Positions 58,218 through 64,000 of a stretch of DNA of 64,000 bases are shown one piece after another. Source of the stretch: Piscinibacter sp. (lineage in GTDB: Bacteria; Pseudomonadota; Gammaproteobacteria; Burkholderiales; Burkholderiaceae_C); assembly GCF_041496605.1 (NCBI RefSeq), contig NZ_JBGQEX010000003.1; one strand, written 5' to 3'. The translations under genes were made by a program, and so were the position numbers. Position 1 is the first letter of the stretch, and each line of letters begins with the position of its first letter. Below the pieces are notes generated by a model. It made no database searches. It was not told the DNA's origin and saw only the letters and a program-made list of their open reading frames with translations.

Positions 58218-59122
58218 CACAGCGCCTCCAACCGGCGGCGCCAACGCTTGAGCCGCCGGCCCAGCCGCGACATGGCCGAGCGCCTGCCGATCGCGTCGAG
58301 TTCGAACTCCCAGTTCGACTGGTACACCGCGCCGAGGAACTGCTCGGCCAGCTTGTCCGGCGTCTCGCCGAGCCGGCGCAGCGCGAACCACTGCCATTCA
58401 TGGTGGTAGACGCGAAACAGCGGTTCGATCGGATCGATCGGAATGCTGCGGTACGCGAGCAGCGCCTCGCCGTACCAGCGGATCTCGGTGGGCGCATGTT
58501 CGATCGCGTCCCACAAGGTCCAGCCGCGCGGTGCGAGAAAACGCTCGTGCAGGTCGGCCCACACACGCGCCGACCACAGCAGCGGCTGCGGGCCGAAGTC
58601 GTAGTCGGGGCCGACGCGGCCGAACAGCGCCTTGATGCGCTGGCTCTCAGCGTGGAAATGCCGCGCCACGTCGGCGTGGCCGCGGTTAACCGCCAGTTGC
58701 AGCAGCTCGCGCGATTGGTGCAGCAGCGTGTACGGATGGCCTGCCGGATGAAGGAAATCGTCGCGCCCGATGTCGCGCAGGAACACCGTGTCGGAGTCGA
58801 CGCACAGGTAGCTGCTGCAGCCGAGCAGCCGCCACGCGTCGGCCTTGATGACCTGCTGCGAGCGGTAGCCCGGCGTGGCGCGGTAGCGCTCGAGCAGGCC
58901 CTTCGCGGCGGCCTCGGGATGGCTGCGCACGATGTCTTCATCGCTGACCAGCTCGGGGCGATGAGCCGAGAGCACGTCGCGAAACAGCGCGAGGTCGTCC
59001 TGCGGCACGGCGACGACCACCGGCAGACCCTGCGGGTTGTGTGGCGCCAGCGAGTCCAGCAGGCGTTTCACCCGCACGGCATCGCCGCGGTACGACTTGC
59101 ACACCAGCGCGAAGTCAGCCAT
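58214..59122 (-). CDS. hypothetical protein, possibly a nucleotide-sugar transferase-like enzyme
   Basis: 302-aa GC3-biased ORF with coupled overlaps on both sides. It has a CVDSDTVF (DxD-like) motif. The family is not confidently recognised. Confidence 0.55.
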   Translation of the reverse strand: MADFALVCKSYRGDAVRVKRLLDSLAPHNPQGLPVVVAVPQDDLALFRDVLSAHRPELVSDEDIVRSHPEAAAKGLLERYRATPGYRSQQVIKADAWRLLGCSSYLCVDSDTVFLRDIGRDDFLHPAGHPYTLLHQSRELLQLAVNRGHADVARHFHAESQRIKALFGRVGPDYDFGPQPLLWSARVWADLHERFLAPRGWTLWDAIEHAPTEIRWYGEALLAYRSIPIDPIEPLFRVYHHEWQWFALRRLGETPDKLAEQFLGAVYQSNWEFELDAIGRRSAMSRLGRRLKRWRRRLEALW

Positions 59123-60407
59123 GGTCCACCGCCGACAGGATGCGTTGCACCGCATCGGCCACGGTGACCGGCGGCACCGCCACGTCGCTCAGCGCGCCCG
59201 CACGCCAGCGTTCGATCGCGGCCTCGAACGCGGCTTCCACCGCCGGCTGATCGGTGCTCGGTGCCACCGAGCCGCCGTGCGACGTGACCAGCGCATCGAG
59301 CTGCGCGTTGCGATGCGTCAGCGCGAGCACCGGGCGGCGCGCCCAGAAGTATTCATACAGCTTGGACGGGATGTATTCGAGGCAGTCCGACAGCTCGCCG
59401 TGCAGCATCAGCAGCACATCGACTTGCTGCATGCGCTGCATCACGCGCGCGCGGCCGGACAGGCCGGTCTGCGGGTCGAACTCCAGCCGGCCGATGGGCC
59501 GCACCACATCGCGCAGCGCCAGCACGTCGACGGCCTGTGCGGCATCCGGATCCAGGGCGCTGCCATAGATCTCGAGCCGCAGCACGGCGCGCAACTCCGG
59601 GCGGCGATCGAGCAGCGCCGCCAGTGCCCGCAGCGCCGGCGCCATGCTTCGCGTGGGGGACAGGGAGCCGAAATGGCCGAACACGCATGCGTCCCCACGC
59701 TGGTACTCGGTGTGCACGACTGGCGGCTCGGCACCCGGCAGCACGACGATGCCTCGCGACCCCAGCTCGGGGTGACGCCGCCGCGCGGCTTCGAGCGCGC
59801 CGTCGGTGAACCACCATGCCAGGTCGGCATCGCGGCAGATGTGCGCTTCGAGTCGGGCCAGAAAGCGCTCGTGGCGGTTGTTCGGAGCGCGGCCCGGCAT
59901 CACCAGGGGGTCGTGGACCTCCGCGATCCAGCGGCAACCCGTCCAGCGTTTGAGCCAATAGCCGGCGAGGTGGGCGGAGAATACGCCGCCGGTGCTGTAG
60001 ACCAGCTCGATGTCGCCGCGCCGAATCAAGCGCATGCCGTGAACGGCCGCGGGCAGCGCCCACGACCACTGGCTGCGCACGCCCGACAGCAAGCGCTCGA
60101 TGCCGATGAAGGGTGCGAGCAGCACGCTCGCGAGCAGCGTGGCGATGCGGTAGCCGAGGCCGCGCCCCCAACGCCGCGCCAGCAGGTGGCGCAGGTCGAA
60201 GCGGATACCGGCGGGCCCCCACGGCAGCAGTTGCAGGTGGGCGAACCGGGGGTCCGGTGAGCCCATCACGCCACTGAGCACGACCGGCTCGATCCCGGCG
60301 GCCATGAGGTGGGGAATCTTGTCGGTGATGGTCAGGCTCTCGGCGCGCCCGTCGACGTTGAAGGCGTGCGACAAGATCAGCCAGCGGCGCTTGGCGGCCT
60401 GAGTCAT
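59115..60407 (-). CDS. GT-B (family 4-like) glycosyltransferase
   Basis: C-terminal motif IPSKLYEYFWARRPVLALT, typical of GT1/GT4 enzymes. The ATG at 60407 overlaps the upstream stop (ATGA). This is only the 3' third of a 1207-codon ORF in the track. Confidence 0.7.
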   Translation of the reverse strand: MTQAAKRRWLILSHAFNVDGRAESLTITDKIPHLMAAGIEPVVLSGVMGSPDPRFAHLQLLPWGPAGIRFDLRHLLARRWGRGLGYRIATLLASVLLAPFIGIERLLSGVRSQWSWALPAAVHGMRLIRRGDIELVYSTGGVFSAHLAGYWLKRWTGCRWIAEVHDPLVMPGRAPNNRHERFLARLEAHICRDADLAWWFTDGALEAARRRHPELGSRGIVVLPGAEPPVVHTEYQRGDACVFGHFGSLSPTRSMAPALRALAALLDRRPELRAVLRLEIYGSALDPDAAQAVDVLALRDVVRPIGRLEFDPQTGLSGRARVMQRMQQVDVLLMLHGELSDCLEYIPSKLYEYFWARRPVLALTHRNAQLDALVTSHGGSVAPSTDQPAVEAAFEAAIERWRAGALSDVAVPPVTVADAVQRILSAVDHG

Positions 60408-60988
60408 CGGCCCGCTTTGGGCACGCGTCCCATCAGGTAGAACTCGTCGTTGGGCCGCATCGACGTCACGTTGGCCATGCGATCCGACAGCCCGAACAGC
60501 GCGGTGATGCCGGCGATGTCCCAGGCATCTTCGTCGCTGAAACCGTGCTCGCGCAGCGCCGCGAAGTCGGCGTCGACTATTGATGCCGAGTCGTTGCAGA
60601 CCTTCATCGCGAAGCCGAGCATGGCTTGCTGCCGCGGCGTGATGTCGGCTTTCAGGTAGTTCACCGCCACCTGGTCGGCCAGCAGCGGCTTCTTCTCGTA
60701 GATGCGCAGCAGCGCACCGTGCGCCACCACGCAGTACAGGCAGCGGTTGGCGCCGCTGGTGGCGACGATGATCATTTCCTTGTCGCCTTTGCTCAAGCCC
60801 GATTCGCGCAGCAGCAACGCTTCGTGATAGGCAAAGAAGGCGCGGAATTCGTCCGGCCGGTGCGCGAAGGTGAGGAACACGTTGGGCACGAAACCCGCCT
60901 TCTCCTGCACCTCGAGAATCTTCTGGCGGATGTCGTCGGGCACGCTGTCGAGCGTGGGCACCGGGTAGCGGCTGACCGGCTGAGTCAT
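60404..60988 (-). CDS. carboxymuconolactone decarboxylase / AhpD-like peroxidase-related protein
   Basis: ATSGANRCLYCVVAHG core motif of the CMD/AhpD fold, in a 194-aa protein. Confidence 0.85.
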   Translation of the reverse strand: MTQPVSRYPVPTLDSVPDDIRQKILEVQEKAGFVPNVFLTFAHRPDEFRAFFAYHEALLLRESGLSKGDKEMIIVATSGANRCLYCVVAHGALLRIYEKKPLLADQVAVNYLKADITPRQQAMLGFAMKVCNDSASIVDADFAALREHGFSDEDAWDIAGITALFGLSDRMANVTSMRPNDEFYLMGRVPKAGR

Positions 60989-60991
60989 GGT

Positions 60992-62728
60992 TCAACTCCT
61001 GAATTGCAGCGCATGAAGCCGAGCGTACAGGCCGCCATGCGCCAGCAGCTCGCGGTGACTGCCCTGCTCGACGACGCGGCCGGCCTCGAGTGCCACGATG
61101 CGGTCGGCGCGCTCGATGGTGGACAGGCGGTGCGCGATGATGAGGCTGGTGCGGCCCTTCATCAGCGTTTCGAGCGCCTGCTGCACCAGGCGTTCGGACT
61201 CGGAGTCGAGCGCCGACGTGGCCTCGTCGAGGATGAGGATCGGCGCGTTCTTGTAGATGGCGCGCGCGATGGCCAGGCGCTGGCGTTGCCCGCCGGAGAG
61301 CTGGCTGCCGTTGTGGCCGATGTCCGAATCGATGCCCTGCGGCAGCGTTCCGACGAATTCCAGCAGGTTGGCGCCCCGCAAGGCTTCGCGAACGCGCTCG
61401 CGATCCACGTCGTCGCCGAGCGCGACGTTGGCCGCCACGCTGTCGTTGAACAGGATCACGTCCTGGCTGACGAGCGCGAACTGCCTGCGCAGCGCCTCGA
61501 CGTTCCATTCGGCAACGGGGTGCCCATCGAGCAGCAGCGTGCCCGCTGTCGGCTCGATGAAGCGGGGCAGCAGGTTGACCAGCGTCGACTTGCCCGCACC
61601 CGACGGGCCCACCAGCGCCACGGTGTCGCCGGCGTGCAGTTCCAGGTTCAGGTCGTCGAGCGCCGGCGCCTGGTCGTCGCGATAGCGCAGCGAGACGTTG
61701 CGCAATTCGATGTGCCCGTCGGAGCGGCCGGGGTCGAAGCTGCCACCGCGCTCGGCGGGCGATTGGTCGATGAGCTGCACGCCCTTGTCGAGCGCCGCCA
61801 GGCCGCGCGTGATCGGCCCGGCCACTTCGGACAGGTGCTTGATCGGCGCCACCAGCAGCAGCATCGAGGTGACGAACGCGACGAAGCTGCCGACCGAGCC
61901 GCCGCCCTGGCCGCTTTGCCACAACGCGGCCACGATCACCGCCGACAGCGCGCACGCGGCGAGCACCTGCGTGACGGGGGTCATGGTGGCGGCGGCCACC
62001 ACCGACTTCAGCGACAGCCGGCGCAGGCTGTCGCTGACCCGCGCGAAGCGCGTGGCCTGCGACGCCTCGGCCGCATGCAGGCGCACGATGCGCCAGGCGA
62101 GCACGTTTTCTTCGACCACGTAGGCGAGTTCGTCGGTGGCTTTCTGGCTCGCGACGGTGAGACGGTGCAGCCGCTTGCTGAGCACGCGCATCGACAGCGC
62201 CAGCGCCGGGAACAACACCCCGACGAACAAGGTGAGCTGCCAGTTCAGCCACAGCAGATACGCCAGCAGCGCGACCAGCGTCAACGAGTCCTTGACCAGC
62301 GACTGCAGTGAATACACGAGCTGGTTGGCGCCGTTCTGCACCTCGTAGGTCAGCGTGTTGACCAGGCTGCTCGCGGAGTGGCGCGTGAACAGCGCCGCTT
62401 GCGCGTCGAGCATGCGCCGGAACATGGCCTCGCGCATGGCCACCATGCCGCGGTTGGCGGCCCAGGCCAGGCCGTACTGCGCGATGAAGCCGGCGAACCC
62501 GCGCACCGCGAACAGGCCGATGATCGCCAGCGGCACGATCCACAACGGAAGCTGGCCGCCCTTGAAGCCGGAGTCCAGCAGCGGCTTCATCATCGCGGGG
62601 ATCATCGGTTCGGTGGCGGCACCGATCGCGGCGCCGGCCACGGCCAGCACAAACCCGCGCCGGCTGTCGAGAAAGAACGGGGCGATGCGCGCAAGGCGCA
62701 GCTTCAGCGACAACACGGGAGACGTCAT
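60992..62728 (-). CDS. msbA: lipid A export ABC transporter permease/ATPase MsbA
   Basis: Six-TM domain followed by Walker A (GPSGAGKST), the signature LSGGQRQR and Walker B (ILILDEATSALD). Confidence 0.93.
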   Translation of the reverse strand: MTSPVLSLKLRLARIAPFFLDSRRGFVLAVAGAAIGAATEPMIPAMMKPLLDSGFKGGQLPLWIVPLAIIGLFAVRGFAGFIAQYGLAWAANRGMVAMREAMFRRMLDAQAALFTRHSASSLVNTLTYEVQNGANQLVYSLQSLVKDSLTLVALLAYLLWLNWQLTLFVGVLFPALALSMRVLSKRLHRLTVASQKATDELAYVVEENVLAWRIVRLHAAEASQATRFARVSDSLRRLSLKSVVAAATMTPVTQVLAACALSAVIVAALWQSGQGGGSVGSFVAFVTSMLLLVAPIKHLSEVAGPITRGLAALDKGVQLIDQSPAERGGSFDPGRSDGHIELRNVSLRYRDDQAPALDDLNLELHAGDTVALVGPSGAGKSTLVNLLPRFIEPTAGTLLLDGHPVAEWNVEALRRQFALVSQDVILFNDSVAANVALGDDVDRERVREALRGANLLEFVGTLPQGIDSDIGHNGSQLSGGQRQRLAIARAIYKNAPILILDEATSALDSESERLVQQALETLMKGRTSLIIAHRLSTIERADRIVALEAGRVVEQGSHRELLAHGGLYARLHALQFRS

Positions 62729-62782
62729 GGACCGGCATTATCGCGGGCTGCCTACAATCGCCTGCCTCGCGCCCATTCCTCC

Positions 62783-63613
62783 ATGTCCTCTGTCACGTTG
62801 TCGGTCATCGTCATCACGCGCAACGAAGCGCACAACATTGCCGGCTGCCTGGGCTCGGTGGCGTTTGCCGACGAGTGGGTCGTCGTCGATTCGGGCAGCA
62901 CCGACGGCACGCGCGAGATCGCGCAGCAATTCGGTGCGCGCGTCGTGGCCACCGACGACTGGCCCGGTTTCGGCGCGCAGAAGAACCGCGCGCTGGCACA
63001 GGCCCGAGGGCGCTGGGTGCTGAGCATCGACGCCGACGAGCGCGTCAGCGACGAATTGGCGCAAAGCATCCGCCGTGCCGTGGCGGCCGACACATCTGGA
63101 CAACAAGCTCACGCTTCCACGCAGCAAGGCGGCGCACAGCCTGTAGGCTACGAGCTGTCGCGGCTGTCGAGCTTCTGCGGGCAGTGGATGCGCCATGGCG
63201 ACTGGTACCCCGACCGCGTGCTGCGCTTGTTCCGCCGCGAGGCAGGCCGGTTCTCGAACGACATGGTTCACGAGCGGCTCATTGTCGACGGCCCGACCGC
63301 GCGGCTGTCGGGCGAGTTGCTGCACGACACCATGCCGACGCTCGACGACGCCATCGACAAGATGAACAGGTACACCTCGGGCCGCGCACTCGACAAGGTG
63401 CGTGCCGGCAAGGCGGGCGGGTTGGCGTCGGCGCTGTCCCATGCGGCGTGGGCGTTCGTGCGCTGCTATTTTCTGCACCGCGGCTTTCTCGACGGGAGGC
63501 TCGGTTTCGTGCTGGCCGTCTATGTGGCCGAGGGCACTTACTACCGCTATCTGAAGATGGGTCTGCTGGCAAATGCCGCAGCAGTGAACCAAGCGGTCAA
63601 TTCGGGGTCTTGA
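62783..63613 (+). CDS. family 2 glycosyltransferase (LPS-core type)
   Basis: LSVIVITRNE...VVVDSGSTDGT...SIDADE, with a C-terminal amphipathic region like KdtX/WaaE-type enzymes. Confidence 0.88.
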   Translation: MSSVTLSVIVITRNEAHNIAGCLGSVAFADEWVVVDSGSTDGTREIAQQFGARVVATDDWPGFGAQKNRALAQARGRWVLSIDADERVSDELAQSIRRAVAADTSGQQAHASTQQGGAQPVGYELSRLSSFCGQWMRHGDWYPDRVLRLFRREAGRFSNDMVHERLIVDGPTARLSGELLHDTMPTLDDAIDKMNRYTSGRALDKVRAGKAGGLASALSHAAWAFVRCYFLHRGFLDGRLGFVLAVYVAEGTYYRYLKMGLLANAAAVNQAVNSGS

Positions 63614-64000
63614 ATGCTCATGCTCAATCGAAGACAGTTCTCCGCCGCCTCGGGCCTCTTGTTGTCTGCGCCGGCCTGGGCCCAATTCCGCGTCGAGATC
63701 TCGGGCGTCGGCGCCACCCAGGTGCCGATCGCCGTCGTGAAGTTCCGCGACGAGGAACGCACGAACCAATCAGTCTCGGGCATCGTGCGGGCCGACCTGG
63801 AACGCAGCGGCGTGTTCCGCAACATCGACGCGCCCGGTGCGCTCGACGAAACCAGCCATCCGACGATGAGCGACTGGCGGGCGCGCGCCGCCGATGCGCT
63901 GGTCGCCGGTTCGGTTTCGCGGTTGGCCGACGGGCGCCTCGACGTGCGCTTCAAGCTCTGGGACGTCGTCAAGGGCAGCGAGATCGGCGGCCTGAGCAAT
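63614..64000 (+). CDS. tolB: Tol-Pal system protein TolB (5' part, runs off the window end)
   Basis: Signal peptide, then FRVEISGVGATQVPIAVVKF...IVRADLERSGVF...ADALVAGSV, the TolB N-terminal domain. The frame is open to the window end. Confidence 0.85.
   Translation, partial: MLMLNRRQFSAASGLLLSAPAWAQFRVEISGVGATQVPIAVVKFRDEERTNQSVSGIVRADLERSGVFRNIDAPGALDETSHPTMSDWRARAADALVAGSVSRLADGRLDVRFKLWDVVKGSEIGGLSN

Noticed and set aside
60408-62738. The upstream two-thirds of the 1207-codon minus-strand ORF 59115-62738
   Set aside because: Only the 3' part (59115-60407) has a credible start (ATGA coupling) and GT-B motifs. The upstream part overlaps, in another frame, the clearly real MsbA and AhpD-like genes, and it reads as Arg/Pro/Ala-rich noise.

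Overview
This is a 64 kb, very GC-rich window (roughly 65-70% by eye, with strong GC3 bias in real genes). It looks like a chromosomal segment of a betaproteobacterium, probably Burkholderiales/Comamonadaceae and Variovorax-like; that placement is inferred from protein sequences and gene order only. I support about 75 protein-coding genes and found no rRNA, tRNA, CRISPR array, transposase, integrase or prophage genes.

Most of the window is housekeeping:
- minCDE, an FKBP isomerase, dusC and glnS
- yebC-family regulator and purD
- hemF, nadD, rsfS, rlmH, maf and rng
- msbA and the start of tolB

The dominant accessory feature is an ~18 kb, 21-gene co-directional aryl-polyene-like type II PKS / lipid-pigment cluster (18668-36757). 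Besides the core PKS genes it carries an MIO ammonia-lyase, an O-methyltransferase, a glycosyltransferase, two acyltransferases, LolA-like and MMPL export genes, two tandem paralogous secreted proteins and its own PPTase. It is flanked by a sterol-desaturase/LytS-LytTR operon on one side and an ECF sigma/ChrR-like anti-sigma pair on the other.

Other notable items:
- The most unusual structure I can see is a four-helix-bundle (23S-rRNA-IVS-protein family) gene bracketed by inverted arrays of GTGATTC heptamers. It fills exactly the space between the yebC-family stop codon and the purD start codon.
- GlnRS carries a ~97-residue internal insertion.
- RsfS carries a ~90-residue Lys/Ala/Pro-rich tail.
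- Two paralogous 73-aa proteins lie 7 kb apart.
- A class-II-like Fic gene has atypical codon usage.
- A tightly coupled glycosyltransferase/methyltransferase operon downstream of msbA has an AhpD-like gene embedded in it.

All family calls are motif recognition by eye and no searches were run. Because of the GC content, the ORF track contains many long spurious alternative-frame and antisense ORFs, which I rejected.
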